Shown: positions 54,513 to 64,000 of the stretch, in pieces
Position numbering within the stretch: position 1 is the stretch's first letter
How the letters are laid out: each line of letters opens with the position of its first letter
Assembly (NCBI GenBank): GCA_963816355.1
Contig: CAWFKH010000004.1
Span: 192,001 to 256,000 of the forward strand
Origin: an uncultured Gemmatimonadales bacterium
GTDB taxonomy: Bacteria; Gemmatimonadota; Gemmatimonadetes; Longimicrobiales; RSA9
DNA: 64,000 nucleotides
Direction of reading: 5' to 3'
The notes under the pieces: generated by a model
Seen by the model: the letters and a program-made list of their open reading frames with translations, nothing else
Told to the model about the DNA's origin: nothing
Databases searched by the model: none
Made by a program: the position numbers and the translations under genes

Positions 54513-55379
54513 CTATTCCTGCGCCGCCGCGCCGCCCACGATCTCCGCGATCTCCTGTGTGATCTGTGCCTGCCGCGCCCGGTTGTAGCGGAGCCGGAAG
54601 CGGTCGAGCATGTCCCCGGCGTTGTCGGTCGCGTTCTTCATCGCGGTCCGCCGCGCGCCCTGCTCCGCGGCCGCGGTCTCGACCAGCGCGCGGTAGACGC
54701 TGTTGCGCACGTAGAGCGGCAGGAGCCGCCCGACGATCTCGTCCGCCGACGGCGAGAGGATGTAGTTCATCGCCTTCGCCGCTCCCGCCCCCTCCGGCGG
54801 CTCGACCGGCAGGATCCGCATCACCGCCGGCGGCGTAGAGAGCGCCGAACGGAACTGTGCGTAGATCACGTACACGGCGTCTAGACGGCCGCGCTCGTAG
54901 TCGCGGATCAGATCGTCCACGAGCAGGGCGGCGTGCTCCGCCGTGCGGCGATCCGGGATGTCGGTCCGCTGGGACGCCATCGGGCGGCGCTGGAAGCGGA
55001 AGTAGCCGATTCCCCGCCGCCCCACGACGTGCAACTCCGTCTCGACGCCCTTTGCGTCGAGCCCCTTCAGGAGGCCGCGCGCCTCGCGGATCAGGTTGAC
55101 GTTGAACGCGCCCGCCAGGCCGCGGTTCGACGTCAGCAGCAGGACCGCGGCGCGCTTCGTCTCGGCCGGCCGCCGCAGCAGCGGGAAGCGCTGCCGCAGC
55201 TCCGGGTCGAGCAGGTTGCCGATCACCTCCGCCAGGCGCTCCGAATAGGGCCGCGCGGCGTGCACGATGTCGGTCATCCGCTTCAGCTTCGAGGTGGAGA
55301 CCAGCTCCATCGTGCGCGTGATCTGCCGGATCTTCTCGATCGAATGGATCCGGTCCCGAAGCTCCCGCCCCTTCGCCAT
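54513..55379 (-). CDS. atpG: ATP synthase gamma
   Basis: QITRTMELVS, RGLAGAFN, AMKNATDNA, RQAQITQEI. Confidence 0.98.
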   Translation of the reverse strand: MAKGRELRDRIHSIEKIRQITRTMELVSTSKLKRMTDIVHAARPYSERLAEVIGNLLDPELRQRFPLLRRPAETKRAAVLLLTSNRGLAGAFNVNLIREARGLLKGLDAKGVETELHVVGRRGIGYFRFQRRPMASQRTDIPDRRTAEHAALLVDDLIRDYERGRLDAVYVIYAQFRSALSTPPAVMRILPVEPPEGAGAAKAMNYILSPSADEIVGRLLPLYVRNSVYRALVETAAAEQGARRTAMKNATDNAGDMLDRFRLRYNRARQAQITQEIAEIVGGAAAQE

Positions 55380-57010
55380 CAGGTCACCGGTGCGCCGGCG
55401 TCCGACTCCGACGTCGCGGTCCGGGCGTCGCCGGCGCGCGCGGCCGGGCTCGCCGCATCGCCGTCGGCGCTCCGCTGAGCGTGCTCTGCCGAGTACTCCT
55501 CGATCGCCGCGACCAGCGACTTCTCCAGCGCGTCGGAGAACTTCTTCTGCTCCCGGATCTCGGCGCCGATCTCCGGCCGCCGCTCCTGCATGAATTCGTG
55601 GAAGCCCGCCTCCCACGCGCGCACGCGCGCCGTGGGGACCTGGTCGAGGTAGCCGCGCGTCACGGCGAAGAGGATCATCACCTGCTGCTCCACCCGCATC
55701 GGCTGGTACTGCGGCTGCTTCAGCACCTCGACCGTGCGCTCGCCTCGCGCCAGCTGCCGCTGCGTCGCCGCGTCCAGCTCCGAGCCGAACTGCGCGAACG
55801 CCTCCAACTCGCGGTACTGCGCGAGGTCGAGCCGCAGCCGCCCGGCGACGGTCTTCATCGCCTTGATCTGCGCGTTGCCGCCCACGCGCGAGACCGAGAT
55901 GCCGACGTTCACCGCCGGCCGCACGCCCGCGTAGAACAGGTCCGACTGCAGGAAGATCTGGCCGTCCGTGATCGAGATCACGTTCGTCGGGATGTAGGCC
56001 GAGACGTCGCCCGCCTGCGTCTCCACGATCGGGAGCGCCGTCAACGAGCCGCCGCCCTGCTCGTCCGACAGCTTCGCCGCCCGCTCGAGCAGCCGCGAAT
56101 GCAGATAGAAGACGTCGCCCGGATACGCCTCGCGGCCCGGCGGCCGCCGCAGCACCAGGGAGAGCTGGCGATACGCCTGCGCCTGCTTCGTGAGATCGTC
56201 GTAGACGCAGAGCGTGTGCTTCCCCTGCCACATGAAGTACTCCGCCAGCGCCGTCGCCGCGTACGGCGCGATGTACTGCAGCGGCGCCGGGTCGCTCGCG
56301 TTCGCCGCGACCACGATCGTGTAGTCGAGCGCGCCCCGCTCCCGCAGCGTCTCCACCACGCTCGCCACCTTCCCCGCCCGCTGGCCGATCGCGCAGTAGA
56401 CGCAGACGACATCGCCGCCCTTCTGGTTCACGATCGTGTCCAGCGCGATCGCCGTCTTGCCCGTGCCGCGGTCGCCGATGATCAGCTCCCGCTGGCCGCG
56501 CCCGATCGGGATCATCGAGTCGATCGCCTTCAGACCCGTCTGCATTGGCTCCTTCACCGGCTGCCGCTTCACGATGCCCGGGGCCACGACGTCGATCTGG
56601 CGCCGCTCCGTCGACTCGATCGCGCCCTTGCCGTCCATCGGGCTGCCCAGCGGATCGACGACCCGGCCCAGGTAGCCATCGCCCACCGCGATGTCGAGCA
56701 CCCGGCCCGTCCGGCGGACCACGTCGCCCTCCTGGAGCGCCGTCCAGTCGCCCAGCACGACGGCGCCGATGTTGTCCTCCTCGAGATTCAACGCCAGGGC
56801 GCTCACCACCTCGCCCGACCGCGACGACGTGATCTCGAGCATCTCGCTCGACATCGCGCGCGTGAGTCCGTAGATCCGCGCGACGCCGTCCTTCACCTCC
56901 AGCACCTCGCCGACCTCTTCGACCTGAAGCTCCTCCTCGTACCGCTCGATCTCTTCGAGAAGGACGGTCTTGATCTCGCTCGGTCGCAGGTGCGTCTCCG
57001 TGCTCGCCAT
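55379..57010 (-). CDS. atpA: ATP synthase alpha
   Basis: [25 protein letters not shown]. Confidence 0.99.
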   Translation of the reverse strand: MASTETHLRPSEIKTVLLEEIERYEEELQVEEVGEVLEVKDGVARIYGLTRAMSSEMLEITSSRSGEVVSALALNLEEDNIGAVVLGDWTALQEGDVVRRTGRVLDIAVGDGYLGRVVDPLGSPMDGKGAIESTERRQIDVVAPGIVKRQPVKEPMQTGLKAIDSMIPIGRGQRELIIGDRGTGKTAIALDTIVNQKGGDVVCVYCAIGQRAGKVASVVETLRERGALDYTIVVAANASDPAPLQYIAPYAATALAEYFMWQGKHTLCVYDDLTKQAQAYRQLSLVLRRPPGREAYPGDVFYLHSRLLERAAKLSDEQGGGSLTALPIVETQAGDVSAYIPTNVISITDGQIFLQSDLFYAGVRPAVNVGISVSRVGGNAQIKAMKTVAGRLRLDLAQYRELEAFAQFGSELDAATQRQLARGERTVEVLKQPQYQPMRVEQQVMILFAVTRGYLDQVPTARVRAWEAGFHEFMQERRPEIGAEIREQKKFSDALEKSLVAAIEEYSAEHAQRSADGDAASPAARAGDARTATSESDAGAPVT

Positions 57011-57023
57011 TGGTCGATCCCGT

Positions 57024-57599
57024 TCAGGCTGAGTCTCCGACGAGCGTCTCGCTCGGCAGCTTCCTCTCCAGCATGCGACGCCGCAGCCCGCGCAGGCGGC
57101 GCCTCAACGATCCATCCAGCACGCGGTCGCCGAAGCGGACCACGATCCCGCCCAGGATCGCGGGGTCGACGCGCACCGCCGGCAGCACCCGCTTCCCCAG
57201 CAGCCGCGTCAGCTCGCCCGCGATCTCCTCCTCCATGCGCTCGTCCGGCTCGTGGGCGAGCGTCACCTCCGCCCGCACCAGCCCCTCCGCCTCGTCCAGC
57301 AGGGCGCGGTACTCGCGCGCGATCGCCGGCAACAGCCGCTGGCGACGCTTGTCCAGCACGATCAACACGAAGTTCAGGAAGAGCTGCGGAACGCGTCCCT
57401 CCAGGGCGCGCCGCAGGACCTGCTTCTTCGTGTCCAGATCCACGGCGGGAGACTCCAGGAAGACCCGCACCCGCGGGTCCGACTCCAGCACCTCCGAGAG
57501 CGCCGCCATCCCGTCCGCGAATGCCGCCCGCGCGCCATGCCGCTCGCCGAGCTCCAGCAGCGCCTCGGCGTAGCTGCGGCTCACCGTCGCCTCACGCAC
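57024..57599 (-). CDS. atpH: ATP synthase delta
   Basis: [16 protein letters not shown]; operon position. Confidence 0.95.
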   Translation of the reverse strand: MREATVSRSYAEALLELGERHGARAAFADGMAALSEVLESDPRVRVFLESPAVDLDTKKQVLRRALEGRVPQLFLNFVLIVLDKRRQRLLPAIAREYRALLDEAEGLVRAEVTLAHEPDERMEEEIAGELTRLLGKRVLPAVRVDPAILGGIVVRFGDRVLDGSLRRRLRGLRRRMLERKLPSETLVGDSA

Positions 57600-58161
57600 C
57601 CCGCTCGGCTCCCGCGCCGCTCTCGCGCGCCGTGATGTCCGCGAGATAGCCCGTCACCAGGCGGCGGTCCTCCTCGTCCCCGAGGCGACGCTGCACCAGG
57701 CGCGACGCCGCCGCGAGCGAGATCTCCACCGCTTCGCGCCGCACCGCCTCGACGGCCTTCTCGCGCTCCGTGTCGATCTCCTCCCGCGCGCGCACCAGCA
57801 GATGCTCCTGCTCCTGCCGCGCCTGCTGCAACATCTCCTGCCGCACGCGCTCCGCGGCCTGCTTCCCCTCCGCCAGGATCTGCTGCACCTGCTGCCGCGC
57901 CTCGGCCAGATCGCGCCGCTGCCGCTCCAGCAGCTCCGACGCTTCGTCGCGCGTGCGCCGCGCCTCGTCCAGGCTCTCCTGGATGCGCTGCTCACGCGCC
58001 TCCGCGTAGCCCAGGATCGGCGGGAACGCGTAGCGCGCCAGCACGATCAGCAACGCGAAGAAGATGACCAGCGTCCAGAACGAGGTGCCCATGCTCAGGT
58101 TGAAGACCTGCGGCGCCTCCTCCGCGGTCCCCGCCTGCAGCACCATCCCCAAGAGATTCAT
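57592..58161 (-). CDS. atpF: ATP synthase b
   Basis: N-terminal TM FWTLVIF...PPI then long coiled coil. Confidence 0.95.
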   Translation of the reverse strand: MNLLGMVLQAGTAEEAPQVFNLSMGTSFWTLVIFFALLIVLARYAFPPILGYAEAREQRIQESLDEARRTRDEASELLERQRRDLAEARQQVQQILAEGKQAAERVRQEMLQQARQEQEHLLVRAREEIDTEREKAVEAVRREAVEISLAAASRLVQRRLGDEEDRRLVTGYLADITARESGAGAERGA

Positions 58162-58234
58162 TCCGCCTTCCTGTCCGTGCCCTCGCCCGTGGCCGGGGGC
58201 GTTCGCCGCCCCCCAGCCGCCCGCCGATCGCCAG

Positions 58235-58501
58235 CTACACGAGGAATGCGATCACGACCGCGAACAGCGCCACGCCCTCGACGAGGGCCGCCAGGATGAT
58301 CGCGCCCGTCTGGATGTTGCCGAGGATCTCCGGCTGCCGCGCCATCGCTTCCGTCATCGGGCCGCCGATGCGGCCGATCCCGATGCCGGCGCCGATCGCC
58401 GCCAGCCCCGCTCCCACGCTCTTCCCGGCCAGCGCCATGAAGCTGCGCGCCGCCTCGGGGTTCGCCGCCACGTTCTCCTGAATCATCCCCAGGATCGTCA
58501 T
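58235..58501 (-). CDS. atpE: ATP synthase c (probably H+-type)
   Basis: GAGIGIG, RQPE loop, LVEG carboxylate without following Ser/Thr. Confidence 0.96.
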   Translation of the reverse strand: MTILGMIQENVAANPEAARSFMALAGKSVGAGLAAIGAGIGIGRIGGPMTEAMARQPEILGNIQTGAIILAALVEGVALFAVVIAFLV

Positions 58502-58736
58502 CTCGCGTCTCTCCGTTGGTCTTGAGGGATTCTCGGGATCCGCCCCCCGCACGGCCGCCGACCGGACCCTCCTGCCGATCGACTCCATGGAACCGCTTCC
58601 CGGCCGCGCCGCGGCCCGCGGTCTTCCCCGGCCAGGCCGGGTACGTTACGACGAGGCGCTGGAGACTCCACCCCTCGAAGGCGCGCCGCTTCGGACGGAC
58701 GCGCTCGCCCTGCCTCCACCCGCTGCCGCGGGTCGC

Positions 58737-59621
58737 CTAGTGCGCGTGCCGGATCAGCCCGATGAAGACCGCCGACAGCATCGCGAAGATGTACGCCTGC
58801 AGGAATCCCACGAAGATCTCCAGCATCATGATCGCGATCGCCATGATCAGCGGCGCCGGCGCGACCCACAGCGCGCTCGACAGACCCGCCACCACCAGCA
58901 GCCCGGTGAGCGCAAGTACCACCGCGTGCCCCGCCATCATGTTGGCGTACAGCCGCACCGTCAGCGCGAACGGCTTCGTCAACTTCCCCGCGAACTCGAT
59001 CGGCGTCATCACCACGAGCAGCAGGCCTCGCCCCACCGGGTGCAGCCCCTCCGGCGCGTAGAAGATCGTCTTCAGGTACCCCCGCGGGCCCAGCTCGAGC
59101 ATCCCCGCCACCTCGACCACCACGAACGTCACCGCCGCCAGCGCGGCCGTCACCGAGACGTTCCCCGTCGGCGTCGCGCCCCACGGCAGCAGACCGAGCA
59201 GATTGCAGATCAGGATGAAGAAGAAGAACGTCGTGATCAGCGGCGCGAACTTCTCGCCGCCGTGGCCGATGTTCGCCATCACCACTTCGTCCCGCAGGAA
59301 GAGCACGGACGCTTCCAGAACGTTCGTCGTCCCCTTCGGCCCCCGCTCCGCCCCCGCCGCGTGCTCCCGCCGCGCCGCGCGACCCGCGCTGATCAGCAGC
59401 ACCGCCACCAGCACCGCCGCGATCAGCATGAACAGCACATGCTTCGTGATCGACAGGTCCACCACGTACGACCCGATCTGGACCTTCCACACCGGCAGGC
59501 GCACCACGCCGAACGGCGTCTCCCACTCGTGGGCATCCGCCAGATGGTGCATGATCATCGACGTGATGTCGAAGCCGCCCCCCTCCGACGCCCCACCCTG
59601 CAGCGCGATCGCTCCCAGCAT
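58737..59621 (-). CDS. atpB: ATP synthase a
   Basis: NLLGLLP, KPFALTVRLYANM-x-AGH, LQAYIF. Confidence 0.97.
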   Translation of the reverse strand: MLGAIALQGGASEGGGFDITSMIMHHLADAHEWETPFGVVRLPVWKVQIGSYVVDLSITKHVLFMLIAAVLVAVLLISAGRAARREHAAGAERGPKGTTNVLEASVLFLRDEVVMANIGHGGEKFAPLITTFFFFILICNLLGLLPWGATPTGNVSVTAALAAVTFVVVEVAGMLELGPRGYLKTIFYAPEGLHPVGRGLLLVVMTPIEFAGKLTKPFALTVRLYANMMAGHAVVLALTGLLVVAGLSSALWVAPAPLIMAIAIMMLEIFVGFLQAYIFAMLSAVFIGLIRHAH

Positions 59622-59977
59622 CAATCCGCCATCCGAAGAAAGACCGGCTCCATCAGCAGCAACACGAACAGGAAGGCGACCAGCGCCAGCAGCCCCGGCT
59701 CCGCCGGAAAGCTCGCCCGCCGCGTCGCCCAGAACCCGAGCGCCACCAGCGCCACGAAGCGGAACGCGACTCCACCGATCCACCCGACCATGAACCGCTT
59801 CACCGAGTCCCGCACCGCCACCAGCGCACCGAACGCCAGAATCTGGATCCCCAACGCCGACACGCCGGCGAACACCACCGCCGCCCCCGCCCCCGCCGGC
59901 AGCAGCGCCGCCAGCACCAGACCTCCCACCGCCAGCACGGCCGCGCTCGCCCCCGCGTACGTCAGCCACGCCCTCAT
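59621..59977 (-). CDS. AtpI-like 4-TM protein
   Basis: Four TM helices; overlaps both neighbours in the atp operon. Confidence 0.75.
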   Translation of the reverse strand: MRAWLTYAGASAAVLAVGGLVLAALLPAGAGAAVVFAGVSALGIQILAFGALVAVRDSVKRFMVGWIGGVAFRFVALVALGFWATRRASFPAEPGLLALVAFLFVLLLMEPVFLRMAD

Positions 59978-60243
59978 TCGCCCTCCTCTTCCCGCCGACG
60001 CTCCCGCCGCTCCCGCTCCGGCTCGATCACCATCCGCCGGTACAGCGAATAGAACCCCGCCACCGCCCCTACCAGCGTCAGCACGATCGTGAACAGCGGC
60101 CTCGTCCCCAGCCACCCGTCCACCCGCGTCCCCGCCCACAGGAACAGCAGCGTGCCCAGCGCCCATCCGAGACCGTGACCCAGCGCGTCCCCCACTCCCA
60201 CACCACCCTCACGACCCCGCCGTCTTCCTCCGTTTTCCGGCAT
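59974..60243 (-). CDS. AtpZ/AtpI family small membrane protein
   Basis: G-x2-VDGWLGTRPLF motif, two TM helices, first atp gene. Confidence 0.85.
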   Translation of the reverse strand: MPENGGRRRGREGGVGVGDALGHGLGWALGTLLFLWAGTRVDGWLGTRPLFTIVLTLVGAVAGFYSLYRRMVIEPERERRERRREEEGE

Positions 60244-60278
60244 CGCGCAGCTCCGCTCCCGCGGCCGTCGTGGCGCAT

Positions 60279-60307
60279 AACATACCCGCTTGTGAATTTT
60301 TTCGCAA
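60279..60307 (-). promoter_or_regulatory. atp sigma70-like promoter overlapped by a Rex-like operator (60290-60307)
   Basis: TTGCGA-N17-TATGTT; TTGTGAATTTTTTCGCAA vs Rex consensus TTGTGAA-N4-TTCACAA. Confidence 0.75.
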
Positions 60308-60431
60308 GCGCCGGATCCGCACCCCGCGAGCGACCCCGCGACCCCGCCGCAAAGCACGCTTCCGGGCGGCGCAGCAGGCCTCCCGGACGGCCGCCGCGGC
60401 AGCCGCGAGCGGCGCCTTCGCCCGCCGCGGT

Positions 60432-60479
60432 AGTGCCGTCGCGAGCGGCACGAGGAGTGCCGTCGCGAGCGGCACGAGG
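60432..60479. repeat. Two exact tandem 24-nt palindromic units
   Basis: AGTGCCGTCGCGAGCGGCACGAGG x2, each with GTGCCG/CGGCAC stem. Confidence 0.85.
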
Positions 60480-60636
60480 AGCGTCGCCTCCGCGCGCCGC
60501 GCGGAGTGCCGCCGGGCGGCGCACGGCACACACGGGGGGCGGCGTGGTAGCATGCGAGGTGGCGCTCCGGTTTCGCGTGCGGCCGCGCGGGGACGGATGG
60601 GGATCGGTCTCGATGTTGCAGCCGGCGGGAGGATCG

Positions 60637-61116
60637 ATGCGGATCTTGGCGGGGTGCATGGTGGTGTTGCTCGCGGCGTGTGGCCCCTCGCGGGGCGAGC
60701 CGGCGGCGGGCGCGGGAGACGTGGCGGCGGATACGGGGGTGCGCGGCGGGCAAGCGGCGGCGGCGGCGCCGACGCTCGCGACGTCGCTGTCCGCACGCGT
60801 CTCGCCGGACAGCGTCGAGTTGACGCTGTACGTCACGAACGTGGGTCGGGCGCCGCTGCGGCTGCAGTACCGGACGTCGCAGCGCTACGATTTCACGGTG
60901 CGGTCGGCGTCGGGACGGGCGGTGTGGCGGTGGTCGGCGGGTCGTTCGTTCATGCAGGTGCTGGGCGAGGAGGTGCTGGAGGCTGGCGCGACGCGCGCGT
61001 ATACTGCGGTCTGGCGCGAGGGCGTACGGCCGGGTGCGTACGGGGCGGAGGCGCGCCTGACGGCGGCAGGCGGGGCGGTGGCGGAGCGGACGAGGTTCGA
61101 GGTCCCCTCGGAGTGA
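60637..61116 (+). CDS. Lipoprotein with BsuPI (proteinase inhibitor-like) domain
   Basis: GGAGGA RBS, lipobox LAAC, TSQRYDF...VWRWS...FMQVL motif. Confidence 0.8.
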   Translation: MRILAGCMVVLLAACGPSRGEPAAGAGDVAADTGVRGGQAAAAAPTLATSLSARVSPDSVELTLYVTNVGRAPLRLQYRTSQRYDFTVRSASGRAVWRWSAGRSFMQVLGEEVLEAGATRAYTAVWREGVRPGAYGAEARLTAAGGAVAERTRFEVPSE

Positions 61117-61157
61117 GCCGGGCGGAAATCCAGGAAACCCACAGCGGAACGGACGGA

Positions 61158-62183
<1,026 letters not shown>

Positions 62184-62226
62184 GTCGAAGTACCAGGACC
62201 GGGGGCGCACGCGCGGCGGACGCCCG

Positions 62227-63579
62227 ATGCTGATTCCGGTCCTCGTGGCCTTCGTGCCCGCCCTCGTCCTCTCGGCCGTATTCTCCGCCGCCGAGCTCTC
62301 GATCTTCTCGCTCGGCGAGGCACGCATCCGCACTCTCGTCGACGAAGGCTTCCGCGGCGGTGGCGCGCTCGACCGCCTGCGCAGCCGCCCGGAGCGCGTG
62401 CTCGTGCTGCTGCGCCTCGCGAACGCCCTCGCGACGGCGGCCACGGCCGCCCTCGCCGCGTGGGCCGGCTATCTCGTCGGCGGTGGCGCCGGGCTCGTCG
62501 CCGGCGCCGTGATCGCGGCCGCGCTGCTCACGATCGTGGGCGAGCTCCTGCCGATCCGTCTCGCGCACAGCTACGGCGTCCGCATCGCCCTCGCCGTCTC
62601 CGCGCCGCTCGAGACGGCCGCGCGCTGGACGGGCCCGCTGCTCGTCGCGCTGGGTCGTCTGGCGCAGGTGCGGCCCCGTGCCTCGATCGAGACGCTCGCC
62701 TCGACCACCGAGCGGCAGGTCCGTGAGCTCACCGCGATCGGGCACAACGAGGGCGTGATCGAGGAGTCGGAGCGGCAGTTGATCGAGCGCGTGTTCCGGC
62801 TGGACGAGACGCGCGTGTGGGACATCATGACGCCGCGTGTGGACGTCTTCTCGTGGGACGAGGCGACCGCGCTCGCGGGCATCGCTTCCGAGCTCGGCAC
62901 GGTGCCCTATTCGCGCGTGCCGGTCTACCGCGACACCATCGACAACATCACCGGCGTCCTCTACCTGCGCGACGCCTATCGCGCGCTCGTCGCCGGCCAG
63001 CGGGACGTGCTTCTCGGCGCCCTGGCGCGCGAGCCGCTCATCGTGCCGGGATCGCTCTCGGTGACGACGCTGCTGCGGGACTTCCAGACCCGCCGCATCC
63101 ACCTCGCAGTCGTGGTCGACGAGTACGGCGGGACCGACGGGCTCGTCACGCTGGAGGACGTGCTCGAGGAGCTGGTGGGCGAGATCGTGGACGAGACCGA
63201 CGTCGCCTACGAACCGATGACGCGCGTCTCGCGTCACGAGGTGATCGCCGCCGGCGACGTGGACCTGCGCGAGATCAACCACTTCTTCAACACGTCGCTG
63301 CCGCAGCTCGAGCACCGGTCGCTCAACGGCTACCTGCTCGAGGAGCTGGGCCGGGTCCCGGAAGCGGGAGAGCGCATCGAGAGCGACGGCCTCGAGGTCG
63401 AGGTGCTCGAGGCGAGCGGCACGCAGGTGCTGCGCGCCCGCGTGCGCCGCCGGCCCGCGGCGGAGGCGCGCGGCGAGGCCGCGGCTCGCGCCGGCGGCGA
63501 TGGCAGCGGCCGTGGCGGAGGACGTCCGGCCGCGGAAAGCGCGGCGCCCGCCGACGCCGCCTCGCCGCGCGATCGGTGA
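62227..63579 (+). CDS. HlyC/CorC (CNNM-CBS) membrane protein
   Basis: FSAAE, GELLP, IMTPR, YSRVPVY, VVDEYGG, TLEDVLEELVGEI. Confidence 0.93.
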   Translation: MLIPVLVAFVPALVLSAVFSAAELSIFSLGEARIRTLVDEGFRGGGALDRLRSRPERVLVLLRLANALATAATAALAAWAGYLVGGGAGLVAGAVIAAALLTIVGELLPIRLAHSYGVRIALAVSAPLETAARWTGPLLVALGRLAQVRPRASIETLASTTERQVRELTAIGHNEGVIEESERQLIERVFRLDETRVWDIMTPRVDVFSWDEATALAGIASELGTVPYSRVPVYRDTIDNITGVLYLRDAYRALVAGQRDVLLGALAREPLIVPGSLSVTTLLRDFQTRRIHLAVVVDEYGGTDGLVTLEDVLEELVGEIVDETDVAYEPMTRVSRHEVIAAGDVDLREINHFFNTSLPQLEHRSLNGYLLEELGRVPEAGERIESDGLEVEVLEASGTQVLRARVRRRPAAEARGEAAARAGGDGSGRGGGRPAAESAAPADAASPRDR

Positions 63580-64000
63580 GTTCCGCCGACGGCGTGACGG
63601 TGCGGCGCAGCGACGTCGTCGCCGCCCGCGCGCGCATCGCCGGCTTTGCCCGCGTGACGCCGCTCGAGCCGTCGCCGTGGCTTTCCGCTCAGGCGGCCGC
63701 GCCGGTGCACCTCAAGCTGGAGTGCTGGCAGCGCACCGGCTCCTTCAAGATCCGCGGCGCCGCGAACGCCGTCGCCGCGCTCGACGAGGCCGCGCTCGGA
63801 CGCGGCCTGGTGGCGGCGTCCGCCGGCAACCACGGGCAGGGCGTCGCCCTCGCCGGGCGCGAGCGCGGTGCCCGCGTCACGATCTTCGTCCCGGCCGGGG
63901 CACCCGCCACCAAGAAGGACCGCATCCGGGCGCTCGGCGCCGAGCTGCGCGAGGCGGCCGATTACGACGCCGCCGAAGCCGACGCGGTCGCCTTCGCGGA
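63576..64000 (+). CDS. PLP-dependent threonine/serine dehydratase, partial
   Basis: Manual translation LKLECWQRTGSFKIRGA and ASAGNHGQG; GTGA overlap with upstream stop. Confidence 0.9.
   Translation, partial: MSSADGVTVRRSDVVAARARIAGFARVTPLEPSPWLSAQAAAPVHLKLECWQRTGSFKIRGAANAVAALDEAALGRGLVAASAGNHGQGVALAGRERGARVTIFVPAGAPATKKDRIRALGAELREAADYDAAEADAVAFA

Noticed and set aside
58235..58501. Na+-translocating ATP synthase
   Set aside because: Subunit c lacks the Q...ES/T sodium-binding signature
60605..60620. sigma54-like element before the BsuPI gene
   Set aside because: Weak -24 match and the predicted start would fall inside the RBS

Overview
GC-rich bacterial chromosomal window of mostly core genes; gene content and protein style suggest Gemmatimonadota (inference, not searched). 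In order: 5' end of an actinobacterial-type (Sdh1-like) succinate dehydrogenase operon; small membrane and outer-membrane genes including a YceI + beta-barrel pair; tRNA-Lys(UUU); two short tandem-repeat arrays; an amidohydrolase-SSS transporter-microprotein operon divergent from a frameshifted, exported GH38 alpha-mannosidase; ffh-rpsP-rimM-trmD-rplS-rnhB; purA; a long dap cluster (dapA, dapB, acetyl-type dapH, mgtC, 2-hydroxyacid dehydrogenase, pilT/U, second aldolase, M28 peptidase); trpS, suhB, PBP1A, alkA; ytxH-otsA-pdp-DUF3343-PAP2 back-to-back with a DivK/PleD-like pair-ligA-V4R-yqgF-mltG-thiE run, each behind a sigma54-like promoter; a stand-alone 23S-5S rRNA unit with its own tandem promoters and no 16S; rlmI-like and PHP genes; a full atp operon with a Rex-like box on its promoter and a long structured atpB-atpE spacer; BsuPI lipoprotein, MoxR, CorC/HlyC and a partial Ser/Thr dehydratase. 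No CRISPR, prophage, IS or defence system was recognised. The best leads are regulatory and organisational rather than a clear-cut new multi-gene system.
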